Source: Plasmodiophora brassicae
Lineage: Eukaryota
Length of the DNA stretch: 64,000 nucleotides
Direction: 5' to 3'
Assembly (NCBI GenBank): GCA_036867785.1
Contig: CP145424.1
Coordinates: 248,001 to 312,000, forward strand
Each line of letters starts with the position of its first letter. Position 1 is the first letter of the stretch. Position numbers and translations under genes: made by a program. This document shows positions 47,223-59,100 of this stretch, in pieces. Below the pieces are notes generated by a model, which made no database searches, was not told where the DNA came from, and saw only the letters and a program-made list of their open reading frames with translations.

Positions 47223-48593
47223 TCATATGAGGGACCCTGCAATTAATTTGGAGGTGTTTGATGGTTTCGGGCGTCCATACCGTGAAAACGCCCAGGTCAC
47301 GATGGCCGAGAGGCCAACGGTCGCAATGCTGACCGAGTGGGCGGCAGTCAAGTTGACCATGGTGAGCAACGGGAACACGATCCTGCCAACGGAGCCCGCC
47401 GTCGTTAACCACCCCATGACACCTCCTTGCGGACGCGACCCCATCAACTGCGAGTACGTCGAGATCGTCAGCACCTGGGTGATTGGTGAGCCAACGGACC
47501 AGATCAGGCCCGTGCCAAAGATCAGGAACGGCATTCGGTCGTTCATGACTGGCGGAAGAAGCAGAATGGAGCCAGACACGATTGCGCCCATGCCGAAGAT
47601 GAGTAGCGAGTCGCTTGAAAAGTACGCGCTCATGTACCGCAGGGACAGGAAAGTGGCCGTCCCGACCAGGCCCAGCATCAGAAGGAACTCGGAGCTGTCG
47701 TCAACGGCATCAGCGTCATCGCTGTTGACGCGCTGGTGCTCTTCGGCGGCGATCGTCTCGGCAATGCCGACGACCCCGCGCAGGGATACGTTCAGGAAGA
47801 AGAACAGCGCGAACGCAACGTCTAGCCTTGACCACGCCCAAGGCGATGCAACATGGCCGAGTAGTCGACGAACGCGTTCCCATCGGGACTCGTCTGGCGT
47901 CGTCATCGTCGTCGTCGTCGTTTCGACGTGCTGGTCACCAGACGGGTGGTACTTGTCGACGCGCGGCATGACGAGCACGAGCAGAAGGATCATGACCGTG
48001 TTCAACACCATGATGACCAGGCCAGGTATGTACACGTCATCGAGGCGCCAGTTGGGGGACCCGGCAGGTGCCATTTTTCGAATCAGCATCGGCAGGATCG
48101 GTGACAGCGACATGCCGACGAATTGCATCAGCGTGTTCCAGCCGATGTAATCCGTTCGTTCTTCGGGGCGGCTGATCTTCACAACGAACGCACGCGTGGC
48201 CGACAGCGTCCCACTACCGAACCCTGATATGAACCTGGATGCGAGGACGAGTTGGACGGCGGCCAGGCCGTCTCCGACGTAAGCGCCGGCCATATACATG
48301 ATGCTGCCGAAGATGGTGATCGACGTCGATACAAGGAGAGTGTTCCGCGTCGAGTTCGTCCAGTCGACCATGTAGCCGTACGGGATGGAGGAGACCAGGC
48401 GCCCAACGGAGAAGAGGGACACAGCTAGTGCTAGCTGCCGGCGCGCGTCTTGGTGAGACGATATCAGTTGGTGCAGGTACGGCCAGAGGCCCGCCATGAC
48501 GATCCCGCGCGAGCATTCCGAAAGGAACGTTTGCCCGAGAACAATGAACAGGCTAGCCGAAATCCTCTGCTTGTTTGGCGAGCTGGGCGGCAT
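47223..48593 (-). CDS. Major facilitator superfamily transporter (MFSD8-like)
   Basis: About 12 TM; FSVGRLVSSIPYGYMVD, SRFISGFGSG, QGGVMGWLTTAGSVGRIVFP. Confidence 0.9.
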   Translation of the reverse strand: MPPSSPNKQRISASLFIVLGQTFLSECSRGIVMAGLWPYLHQLISSHQDARRQLALAVSLFSVGRLVSSIPYGYMVDWTNSTRNTLLVSTSITIFGSIMYMAGAYVGDGLAAVQLVLASRFISGFGSGTLSATRAFVVKISRPEERTDYIGWNTLMQFVGMSLSPILPMLIRKMAPAGSPNWRLDDVYIPGLVIMVLNTVMILLLVLVMPRVDKYHPSGDQHVETTTTTMTTPDESRWERVRRLLGHVASPWAWSRLDVAFALFFFLNVSLRGVVGIAETIAAEEHQRVNSDDADAVDDSSEFLLMLGLVGTATFLSLRYMSAYFSSDSLLIFGMGAIVSGSILLLPPVMNDRMPFLIFGTGLIWSVGSPITQVLTISTYSQLMGSRPQGGVMGWLTTAGSVGRIVFPLLTMVNLTAAHSVSIATVGLSAIVTWAFSRYGRPKPSNTSKLIAGSLI

Positions 48594-50123
48594 GGTAAAT
48601 AGGGGTCTGTTGTCGATATGTCGCGTCGGTTTCCCAAGTGGAAAATGATTCACTTATATGGGTCGATCTCCAACCATGACTCACAGCGGGCGCCATAGGC
48701 ACGTCCCACTGCTGACTCATGTGGACCGTCATTAGACGTCAAACCCACTTGCCCACAGACGGCTCTGTAAAACAGCCAATGCCAATGGCGGTGCAGTACT
48801 TCACGACGTATGGTTCCCATCCGTTAACAATTCCGCTCATCGATTTAGCAGCTGAGAGATCTTTTCAACGATTGACATGACATGTCGTTAATATCCAGCC
48901 GTACGCCGGCAACGGCACTCAGCCAAGTCGAGTGGCGAGCAGGCGACAGTGCGCACGGTGCCCCCGATGTGCGGCAGACCGGGGAGTCACAGCATCCGAA
49001 GAGAAGTGGACGACGTGCGTCCAGAGTCTGGCATGCAACGCTTCACATGGGCAGGTTTATGGCGCCTAGAGGCGGGGTCCCGCCCTTGATGCGGTCCACA
49101 TGTCTCGTAGGATGTTATCGATGGCCACGCGTCGTACAGATCGTCGCGTCAGCGTCCAGGCGCGTGCACCTGCTTGAGGCCGACAGTCGCCCTGCAGACG
49201 ACGTCGACGCGTATACTAACATCCCACCGGTCGTATCCTTGCATGTCGCGCTGAATCATGGGCATGTTCGTTCAATCCGTCAGCGCGGAACGACGCCTCG
49301 CAGGAAGAAGCCGCTCTCCGTAGTGACCCATCTGACGGTGCTGAGGGTGAGGATGCAGGGACCCACATCGTCTCGCTTCCAGATGTGACGGTCTGCGAAC
49401 GGGGAGTTCGCTGCGTCCGTTGGCGACGTTGTCGCCCGTTCGGTCTGCATCATTCTGACGTACGTACGAACGTACTCTGGTCGCATGCCTGTCTGGATCA
49501 CGGACGGACCTCGAATTTATTGTCATCCAAACATCGCCAATTATCACCGATCTCTGGGCAATATCCAGATATTCCTGCCCGCGCATTGCCCGATTGAGTT
49601 TTTACTGGGGATGATCAAGCGGCGGCTTCATCGGATTAGGCCCTCGCTTCGTGCATGAACAACGTCGGGTATTCATAAAAAAGGTCCACAATCTGATGTG
49701 CGGAGTGCTTCTTGTAGATACGGTGAGTCACCTTGCGGGAGCAACTGAACCGTCGCGTTCGTATTACTGGGTCCAGTGCGATATGGTCGAGAGAGAGAGA
49801 CTTTCCATACATGAACACAAGCCGCCGGATCCGCCTCGCGACACCGTATACGACCGTGGTCCCTCCCGCCAGGCGCACGGCGTCAGCAATACAGGACGTT
49901 GACCCGTGGGTCACCGACGCCGATGACTCATCGGAACGGTGACCCGTTTGATAGGCCCGTGCGCGCGTCACTGCAGTGCCGCGCGTTGACGTACGCAGGC
50001 GGCAGGCGACGTTCGCCCTACCGTCAGTCTATATTTTAAGGTCGAGCCGCGCAGCACAGTCGTGAGCTGCAGGTCGTGCCGCGCCGCCTCCTACATCTAA
50101 TTCCTACACCCAAAACGGCTCCC

Positions 50124-50927
50124 ATGCGCCGCCTGATCGCCACGCTCGTCCTTATCGTCGTCGCCAGCGACGCGTACGCCCAGACGCAGCGCCTGTTCAT
50201 CAATGCGTTCAACAACGGCCCGTCGACGACGTCGGTGAACGCCCTGAACCTGCAGCAGACGATCGCGAACGCGCAGGCGTCCATCAGCCAGAATCGCCTG
50301 CAGATCCTGACGACGCCCGGCAAGCCGACGACGTTCATGACGCAGCTGGCCACGCCCGGCCAGTGCCTGCTGATCCCGCCGCAGGCGAACATCGACACGA
50401 TCTTCAGCGTCCTGATGCAGGCGCCGCCCGGCGTCGACATGTCCATCACGCTGCAGACGGGCACGGTCGGGTGCGGCGGCCAGGTCAACAACTCGGCCGT
50501 CGTCCGCCTCAGCGACTACAACGCGCTGGACGGCCAGATCGCGTTCGTGCGCATCCCGCTGATCGACTTCAACATGGGCAACATCGACTACTTCAACGGG
50601 CGGGCGCGCGCGGTCATGTTCCAGATCCCGGCGCTGCCGTACGGGGCGGTGATCCAGTTCGGCGACATGCAGCTGATCTCGCGCCCGCGCCTCTTCCCCA
50701 TCTCGTCGTCGTTCAACGTCGGCCAGATGATCAACCAGATGCAGCAGGGGCCGCCGAACGCGCAATGGGGCAACGTGCGCACCGACGGCCGGTGCGGCGC
50801 CGGGTTCGGCTGGGCGGGGTGCAACGCCGGCCAATGCTGCTCGACGCGGGGCTGGTGCGGGTCGACCCCGATGCACTGCCTCAGCACCGGGTCCGTCCTG
50901 GGCCAGATCTCGCCGTTCCTGTTCTGA
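50124..50927 (+). CDS. Secreted protein with C-terminal chitin-binding CBM18 (hevein) domain
   Basis: Signal MRRLIATLVLIVVASDAYA; DGRCGAGFGWAGCNAGQCCSTRGWCGSTPMHC. Confidence 0.88.
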   Translation: MRRLIATLVLIVVASDAYAQTQRLFINAFNNGPSTTSVNALNLQQTIANAQASISQNRLQILTTPGKPTTFMTQLATPGQCLLIPPQANIDTIFSVLMQAPPGVDMSITLQTGTVGCGGQVNNSAVVRLSDYNALDGQIAFVRIPLIDFNMGNIDYFNGRARAVMFQIPALPYGAVIQFGDMQLISRPRLFPISSSFNVGQMINQMQQGPPNAQWGNVRTDGRCGAGFGWAGCNAGQCCSTRGWCGSTPMHCLSTGSVLGQISPFLF

Positions 50928-51008
50928 CGGGACACGCGCCGGGGACCCTTAATAATCACATAAACGCAATGGACGGGGCGCAACGGCGTGCACAATGCGA
51001 ATAGTCGT

Positions 51009-52127
51009 TTACTGGACGGCGAGCAGCAGGGCGGGCAGCAGGAACAGGGTGGCCATCGAGTACGATGACGCGGCAGACGACGTCTCGTGTTCGGCATCGG
51101 CGGCCGCGTCGGCGAAGACGAGCAGGTTGCCACGGGCGGACGCGTCCTGCTCGAACCGGACGAGGACCTGCGACCTGGCGTCGGAATGCTCGTCGAAGAT
51201 GCGCATGTCGGTGTCCTTGTTGCCCTCACGTTTGTGCGAGTTGAACCAGACGAAGCCCTTGTACAGCGGGAAGCGCTGCAGGGCTCTGTCGTCGACCAGC
51301 TGGTTCCACCACAGGCTCTTCACTTCGATCTCGTGCTCCTCGCCCGTGGCCGTCTTCCAGTAGGCGGCGGTTTCGCCGACGACGAACGGCTTGTTCTTGG
51401 CGGCGGCGAACCGGTCGTAGAAGTTCCACAGCGGCTGATCGGGCCACTTCTCGCCCGTCACCGACTTGACGAAGATCTCGTCGTCGGCGACGTTGTCCGG
51501 CTGCTTGCCGACCTCGTAGTAGATATCGACGCCGACAATGTCGACGTACTGGTCGCCCGGGTAGTAGTCGTCGTAGGTCGTCGGCGACAGCGCCGCATTG
51601 GCGATGTTCGGGCACCAGAACATCGCCGCCGAGTCGCCGATGGCGTCGGCGACCATGGCCCAGTTGGCGACGAACTGCTGCGGGTTGCCGCCCCATTTGA
51701 TCTCGTGCAGGTTGAACTCGGGCCCCCATCGGACGACCATGCGCAGGCCGGCGCCCGCGAACTTCCTGACGTGGTCGACGAACTCCTGCAGTGGCTCGGG
51801 CGCGACCGGCCCGTTGTCCGCCGGCTGGATCGTCAGGTGGACCTGCGGCGGCTGCACGTTCGCGTCCGCGGCACGGTCCAGGGCGCCCTGGCAGAACTCG
51901 TCCATGATCCTCAGGTACTGGTCGCCGACGACGTTCTTGTACGGCAGGAAGACGCCCAGCATGGCCGGGTAGCGCCCGTTGACCGCCAGCCTCGCGAACG
52001 AGTTCTGCACGGGCTGATCGGGGAACACGCCAAAGTAGATGCCCGGGCGCGGGAACAGGTCCCGCTGCTCCGCGCGCGCCCGGGCGCCCACGACGAGCAG
52101 TGCGGACAGCAGCAGCAGCGCCAGCAT
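51009..52127 (-). CDS. Glycoside hydrolase family 26 protein, secreted, probable GPI anchor
   Basis: VRWGPEFN (acid/base), FWCPN, YYPGDQYVDIVGVDIY, KPFVVGETA (nucleophile); hydrophobic C-tail. Confidence 0.9.
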   Translation of the reverse strand: MLALLLLSALLVVGARARAEQRDLFPRPGIYFGVFPDQPVQNSFARLAVNGRYPAMLGVFLPYKNVVGDQYLRIMDEFCQGALDRAADANVQPPQVHLTIQPADNGPVAPEPLQEFVDHVRKFAGAGLRMVVRWGPEFNLHEIKWGGNPQQFVANWAMVADAIGDSAAMFWCPNIANAALSPTTYDDYYPGDQYVDIVGVDIYYEVGKQPDNVADDEIFVKSVTGEKWPDQPLWNFYDRFAAAKNKPFVVGETAAYWKTATGEEHEIEVKSLWWNQLVDDRALQRFPLYKGFVWFNSHKREGNKDTDMRIFDEHSDARSQVLVRFEQDASARGNLLVFADAAADAEHETSSAASSYSMATLFLLPALLLAVQ

Positions 52128-52390
52128 CGATGATTCGTTCTGGCGGAAACGGTCCAGATCGAACGTTCGTCGCGCCCGTGGGGGGCGTCACGGCCGGTGA
52201 GTCACGGGTCGCGGTCTTCCTACATCACATTTCGGCAGGTTTCGGTCGGCGTCGCGGCGTGCACGATGTGGCCTGGGCCGCCACTGTGCCCGGGCCAGTG
52301 TGCAGCCACGGACTCCGGCGCCGTCAGCCAAATTTGGCAGACGGCGGCACGCGCGCCAGTCGCAAGGCGCAACCCGTACGGCAGCTCGCG

Positions 52391-53234
52391 ATGATGGTGG
52401 CCGCCGTGGCGTGCGCCGCCGCCGCGCTCCTGACGGTCCTGGTGCTGCCGGCGGCCGTCGTCGACGCCGACGGGAACAGGACCGTCACGTTCTCCGCGAG
52501 GGCGCCGTCGCCCAGCGCCGGTGGGACGTCGGCGTCCGCCGCCGCCGCCGAATCGTCCGATGGCGTTGTGCGCGCCGTGGAGATTGCCACAGCGGACGTC
52601 CCGCTGGACAGGAATGCGAGCACGAAGCCCGTCGGCGATCGCCGGCTTGCACTGCGGCCGGTGACGAGGGGGCGTCTGGCGACGGCGTCGTACATGGATA
52701 TAGGCTCCCGGTTTGACGACGAGCCGGAGCCGACGCTGCGGCAGAAGGTTGTCGACGTCGTTCGCGCGCGTGCGGTACGGTGAATCGTTTCGTGGCACCT
52801 GATCTGCTCTGACTGGGGACCGGGTGCAGTGGCCGCTGATCGCACTGACAAGTGCGGCCATGGGGCCTGTTGGGTACTGGGCGATCCAGCCGGACCCGCC
52901 TGCCCCCGAGCCGCTTCTGAACCGGGAACGCATCCTGGCCCTCGCGGTCACCGCTTTTGCGGCGGTCGTCATCGATCACGCCGTACGTCGAAGCAGCGCA
53001 GGTCGAGGGACGCCGGGCACGGCGGCAGGCTCGTCGCCCAAGGGCGGGTCGTCGTCGGCCAACGCTCAGCGCACCTGCTCGCCGACGCCACCCGTGTCGT
53101 CCTCGACGATAACGATCATCGCTGTCAGCACCGTATTCGTCGTCGCCGGCGTCACCGTGATCGCGTTCGCCATCGTGTCCCGCCTGCAGGTCATGCGCCC
53201 GCTGCCCCATCCGACTAGCGCCCTCCTGGCGTAG
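52391..53234 (+). CDS. Hypothetical secreted/membrane protein, intron-containing
   Basis: Signal-like MMVAAVACAAAALLTVLVLPAAV; C-terminal TM ITIIAVSTVFVVAGVTVIAFAIV. Confidence 0.55.
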
Positions 53235-53605
53235 GGGCGGGCGTATAGTTTATCGCCTTTGCCTGTAGCTATCTATCGCAGTAAATTATGTTGGTCTCTG
53301 GCGCATTGCCAATAACCTGCGGCGGCACGACGACGGCGTCGGGTTACCGACGCACAAAACAAACGCAGCGGCCGTCGGCGCGCGCGACTCGAACCGGCGA
53401 CGTCTCCAAATCGGGAGCGGGACCCCGACCGAAAAAAAATGCGCTGCCCAGCGGCGGGCGACGTGACGCGGCAGCACGAAGTGAATCCGTCGCCGTCGCC
53501 GGGCACGACTCATTTTCGGAACCGGTCGCCGGGCGGTGCGGGTCGTCGCTGCTGTCGACGGCGGCGGGGAGGCGGCGGCGCGCGCCCGCCTATGGTATCG
53601 AGGTG

Positions 53606-56060
53606 ATGATGAGCACGCCCCACGACACGGCCGCCGATGCGACGCCGCCCGTCATGTCGGCGCGGCTGATCTCGGCGTCGCAGGGCGCGGCGCCGGCCGG
53701 CAAGGCGCTGCGCGGGCCGTTCGGCGGCCCGAAACGGCCGCGCGTCCCCCGCGTCTGCCACGTCCGCGTGCACCAGCTGGAGACGCTGCGACCGCTGCAG
53801 AAATCCGCGCGGTTCATCACGATCTCGGCGCGGATTCGCGGCCAGAAACCGAAACACATGCTGACGTCGGCGGCGCTCCCGTCCGCCCCTGACGATTCGG
53901 CGGCGCTGCCCCTGCCACTCGACCTATGGTTCTCGATATCGTATCTGCATCGCTTGAAGGGCGAACCGTCCGTCGTGCAGCTGTCCCTGCATAAGTGCAA
54001 GGCGGACGGGCGTAATCCGAGCCTGCTTGGCAGTCTGGACCTGCCCCTGGACCAGATCCTGCAATGCCCGCTGCGAGTCGCCAACGTCAGCCTGGAGCAC
54101 ACGCGGATGAACGCACGACCCGTGCCCATTGCCCGTCTCCTCGTCGACGTCTGGACATCGCCCGGCGCATCTGGTTGGTACCGACGCGGGGCCCTGCGGC
54201 GTGCACCGAATCTCACACGCGATGTGCACAGATGCGCCTCCGGATATGCCACCGCCTGCCCCCGCCGCCTTTGATGACGCAACGGCTGCGCACGCTGTCG
54301 ACAGCGCTCCGGACGAGGACGACGATCTGACGTCACCGTCAGCGATATCGGACGTCGCGTCGGATTCCGACGAGGACAGCTTCAATCGCGACCTGCGGGC
54401 GTCGGCTGTGCCGGCAGCGCAGCGACAGCAGCAGCAGCAGCAGCAGCAGCAGGCCATCCCGAATCCGCTGCTGAAACTGAGGCCCGCGCTGTACTCGAAG
54501 ATGAGGATCGTCAAGCAATCCGGAACGCGCTTCTTTGACAGGATCCGCGCTCTGCGCCGGAACAAGCCGATGTCGTCGTCCGACGAGGACGGCGACGACG
54601 AGCTGCAGGTTCGCGACATGCAGACGATCGGGCCCGCGTACCCGCAGCCGTCCGAGGATGCGGCCTCTGTCCATGCGGCCCCTGCGCCCCACGAAGACGA
54701 CGACCTGCACGCCGTCGCCTATGTCGACGTGTCGACGCAGATGGAGAACCTCGGCGCCTCGATCGTGGACGGGGCCGGTTGGCCCCAGACGATCATCCTC
54801 GTTGATCGCAACGCGCGCCCAGCTAGGCAGATCCTCGACTGGGCCCAGCGAACCTCGCGCTCGTCCGTCCTGGCGACGCACCGCCTGCTGTTCTTCGGGG
54901 ACTGCAGCGAAGCCGATTTCGTGTTCTCGGGCATCACCCAGCTGTACAGGCAGCACTGCCCGGGCACGACGCTCGCGTTTCGTATTGGGATCGCGGGCGA
55001 CGACACGTCCGTCAGCATGATCCTGCGGCCGTTCGTCCAGCTGCTCTCGCGAGAGCCGCGGACCTGGAACGATCTTCGGTTCCACGTGATCCCGCTGAAT
55101 AACGGACAGTCGCCGCACGATCACGTTGCCGCCGAGCGGATCGCCCGGCACGACGCCCAGTTCCGATCGCTGTTCTTCTCGGCCCTGTGGGAGAACGCCC
55201 TGGATGGGCATTCGAGTCTGCTCGAGCCCGTCGGGAAGCAGATCGAGGACGCCGTGCAGCGGTACATGCTGGGCGCCGACGAGGCGTTCCGTTTGCCGAT
55301 CGCCGAGGCCATGCTGGAGATCGAGGATATGGACGACCCCGAGATGGACGGCGTCGAGCGCGTGTCGTTCCCCATGATCCGCGACTTTGCCGTCCTGGAC
55401 ATCGCCGACGACGTCGAGCAGATGCCCGCCCCGGCGCCCAGGTCGGGTTCACAACCGCCGCCTGGGGCGAGCACGGGCGCATCGCCACCGTCGCCTGAGC
55501 ACCACGTCTCACACTTCGGCAACATCTCGTTCTTCCCCACGGCACGTCGAAAGCAGCCCGTCATCGAGTACTGGACCATGTCGGACAAGAAGGCGCCGTC
55601 GAAGAAGCACACGTACAAGTCTGGGTTTGCCGCCGTTCGCGTGTACCGCTTGCTCGGCGATGTGGTCGACGCCGACCTGGTGGACTCTGCCAGTGCGAAC
55701 GTCGAGCCCGCCGGCGCCCAGGAGTTCCCGGGTTCCGCCGACGAGAAGGCCGTCGAGGACGGCGTCGACCTCGTCAACGATGTCGAGCAGCTCCTGATGG
55801 TCGTCCGGCCGCTGCCGAAAGACAAGAACAAGTTCCTGCAGCGGCTCGGCGCCTACTCGCCGAAACGGTCGATGGTGGGCGCGCTGGAAAAGGATTTACG
55901 CGAACCTGTCTGCAAGTTCGTCTGCCTCGCCCCGACGGATTCGCACATCTCCGCCTGCGTCGACGGCATTGTCATCCCCAACGTCAAGCTGGCATCGCTG
56001 ACGCCGGTCTGGCCGACGCGAACGAAATCCTTCCCCGTCGCCGTGTTTCGGTCCGCGTAA
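53606..56060 (+). CDS. Phosphofurin acidic cluster sorting protein (PACS)-like, 2 exons
   Basis: LDLWFSISYLHRLK (FBR-like); IGIAGDDTSVSMILRPFVQLLS..LRFHVIPL, RYMLGA..LPIAEAML, CVDGIVIPNVKLASLTPVWPTRTKSFPV. Confidence 0.85.
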
Positions 56061-56187
56061 CGCCCATGAACATACACATACAGCCTGAGAGTACAGGTAT
56101 GTGAGCCCTTGGGCAGAACGAGAGGTCCACAACACTGACAACGGGCATGGACGCGTACACACGCCGTCACGACCAGGGTCGAACGGG

Positions 56188-56560
56188 TTAATGGCTGTGG
56201 AAGCAGTTGGTGCAATGCGCGTTGAACGGGCTGCGTTGGATGCCGGTGCAACCGCAGGCGACGCAGGTGGGCGTGGCCGCGGGTGCTCCCTGCCCGTTCT
56301 GGGCAGGGAGCACCCCCTGGCACTCGTCGTTCCCCGGCGTCCCTTGTCTTCGACGGCATCTGCGCGTTGCGCCTGGCGACGTCCGCGACAAGCAGCGGCG
56401 CCACCGGCGCGGTGGGCGCCTGGGCACGCGTTGGAACGCCTTTCGGTGGCGCCGGTGCCGAAACGTCGTGGTGGGCGAAGGCCTGGCATCCAACGACGCC
56501 GCCGCCGTCGTCGTCCTTGGGCGCCGACGCGTTTGCAGCGCTGTACACGCCAACATGCGC
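56188..56560 (-). pseudogene. 3' fragment of the gene at 63442-63966
   Basis: SAPAPPKGVP..CVACGCTGIQRSPFNAHCTNCFHSH, frameshifted. Confidence 0.75.
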
Positions 56561-56867
56561 TCCAGGCTCATCCGGAGCAGGAAACGCCATGCGTAATTGA
56601 ACACCATCCGGTCAGCGCCTGAGCGCGGCGTCGTCCGCTGCGCTGCGCTGCCGCTGCAGCTCCGCACTGCGACGGTGCACCTCAAACGCGCGACGCGATC
56701 TCACGTGCTATGCCCAGCAGACACCATACGGCAAACTTCAACAGCGGGTCGACGAGGACTACCATGGCCAGTCCCACCAGCGGTTATAATAACTTATACG
56801 AAACCATCCATCACACGATTTGCTCTTTAATCGCAATTTGCGCAACTTGGGACAGGATGCGACACGC

Positions 56868-58931
56868 TCAGGGCATAGCGAGTTCGGCCGCCCGACGACA
56901 CTCTCCGCATCGGCTTTTCTTCCGTTGGTGGGCGCAAAGGCCCTTGCCACCACAGGCCTTGCACATGTACTTATACTTGTCGTGCTTGCAAATGCTGCTT
57001 CCTCGACACTCCCGGCACTGCTGCCTCCGTCGGTCGTGTTGACAAATGCCCTTCCCTCCACAGTCTCCGCAACTGTAGGTCTGTCGCCGATGCACACAGG
57101 TGCTGGAACCGCCGCACATCGTGCAGTTCCGTTTCCGTCGTCCATGCGGTTCACAGAAATTGTGCGGACTGCAAACCCGGCAGTTGTCTTGACGTAGCCC
57201 ATGCTCACATTTCTCACGGGGACGTCGGGGTCGACGCCCATGAGGTTTCGGCAGCCCCCGCTGCAACTGCAAACCGCTCATGCTGACAGATTCTTCAGTG
57301 GTACCTTGAGCCCGCACTGGTTCAGGTGGGAACGGGACAGCAGTGCAGCGGTTGTGGCTGGATGCAGCAAGCGACTCCAGGGAAGGGGATTCGCTTATGA
57401 TCCCGCTGAAGGTGCCGTAGTCGCCCTCACGAATCTGAGTCGGAATCAGTGCTGCTGGAATGAACATATTGTAGGCGTACTGGTCGGCGGCGAATTGTTT
57501 CTGCAAGCACTGCATCGATTGCGAGGCAATGCACTCAGCTGCAGAAAGCACATAGGAGGGCTCCGTTTCCATCCAATGTCCATTGTCGGGGAACTGCGGT
57601 CTCTGTAAACCTAGAGAGGACTGGGGACAGCAGTCGGCGTCGCCTGGACGTGTCGCGGCGTGGGAAAAGTCAGACGCGATACGAGAGGTGTCTATGGAGT
57701 GGGTACCAATGGGAGTGTCCCCGGTGGCGTGAGCCGGCCATGTGCTCAAAAAGGTGTCAGGTGGTACTTGCGCAGCGATTTGCGACTGTAACTCAATTTG
57801 AATGGGGCTGATTGGAGAGTGAAAGGCATTGGGGAAATGCCCGTCAGAGTTGATGAAAGAGAGCAGGTCCAGATCAGAAAGGACGGATGATACCCCTGGT
57901 ACCTCGTTCCCGATGCTGGGGACGACATTGCCAGCGGGAGGTGTTGACCAGAGGCCGTGTTCGCCATACCAGGGGACTACCGAAAGATGAACGTCAGTGG
58001 GAGGACACTCGTTGGAGTTAAAAGAAGAGGGCAATTGCTCATCTGCAAGGGCGGATGGCAAGGGGAAACGCCCTTCAGAGTTAATAAAAGAGGGCAGATC
58101 CATATTAGAACGGACGGATGATACCCCTGGCACATCGTTCCCGAAGCTGTAGACAACATTGCCAGCGGGTGATGTTGACCAGAGGCCATGTAATTCGCCA
58201 TACCAGGGGTCTACCGAAAGAAGAATGTCAGTGGGAAGGTACTCGTTAAGGTTAAACCGAGAGGGAATCTCCTCATCAGCATGGACGTTTGGCATTGTTG
58301 GCACACTGATTGGTGGCGATAACATGTTTCCGTTGCTAATGAAGGCGCCATCGACAGTTGACAGTGGCTTTCGAATGCCATAGCTAAGGCCGCTTGAGGC
58401 AAGGATAAGAGAGTGCCGCGGCAGCTGGTGTGTAGCAGAGTGCGACTCGGCCACGAGGCGAGTTTCAGGTCGCGCTGCTTGAATTGGATTGTGCAAAGTT
58501 GATTCTGGGCCCCAGACGTGGTCATTGCCGGCAGGAAACTCCACATCATCGAGAAGTGGCCCCCATTCTGATACCTCTGCTGCTAATGGTGCCAGGTACT
58601 GAGCGCTTCCGTCCATGACGTCGTCATCGGTGGTTGAGTAGGCGTGTAGTAAAGCACGATCCCCGAGGTCTATATGGACAGCCACATGTGGTCAGATTGG
58701 AGGCAAATTAAACAATGAACATGTGCACCTTCACTGACGGTGCAATAGGTCCGGGTTGATGTCTGGGGGAGGTACGCCAGACTGGGTCCAGATGGAATCA
58801 ACTGCTGTCGGAGCTAGCGAGCATTCAGCACCACCATCGAGATGGGGGACTGCCTGCGATGTCTGGGGTGTCACTAACGTCAGCTGGCATGCAACCAGGA
58901 CAACAGCAAGTGTTTTCGTCCACAATGTCAT
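56868..58931 (-). CDS. Secreted zinc-finger repeat protein A2, 2 exons
   Basis: Same signal peptide, intron and six Cys/His repeats as A1; open frame. Confidence 0.85.
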
Positions 58932-58994
58932 TTCCAGACGCGCGGACGTCGTCTCCAGATCAGAAGTGATCCGCGGCGCAATATTCCGAGTCCG

Positions 58995-59100
58995 TCGGAC
59001 TGTCTCTGCAGCTCCACGGACTGTTTCTGCAGCTCCGCGGACTGGGTCTGCAGCTCCGCGGACTGGTTCTGCAGTTCCACGGGCTGGTTGACTGGTTCCG
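58995..59100 (-). repeat. 21-bp tandem repeat (about 5 units) upstream of A2
   Basis: cagtcc(g)cggagctgcaga-type units, homologous to 26531-26592. Confidence 0.8.

Noticed and set aside
49150-49970. Possible IS630/Tc1-like transposase remnant (IVDLFYEYPTLFMHEAR)
   Set aside because: Only a weak motif resemblance; no DDE triad or terminal repeats found
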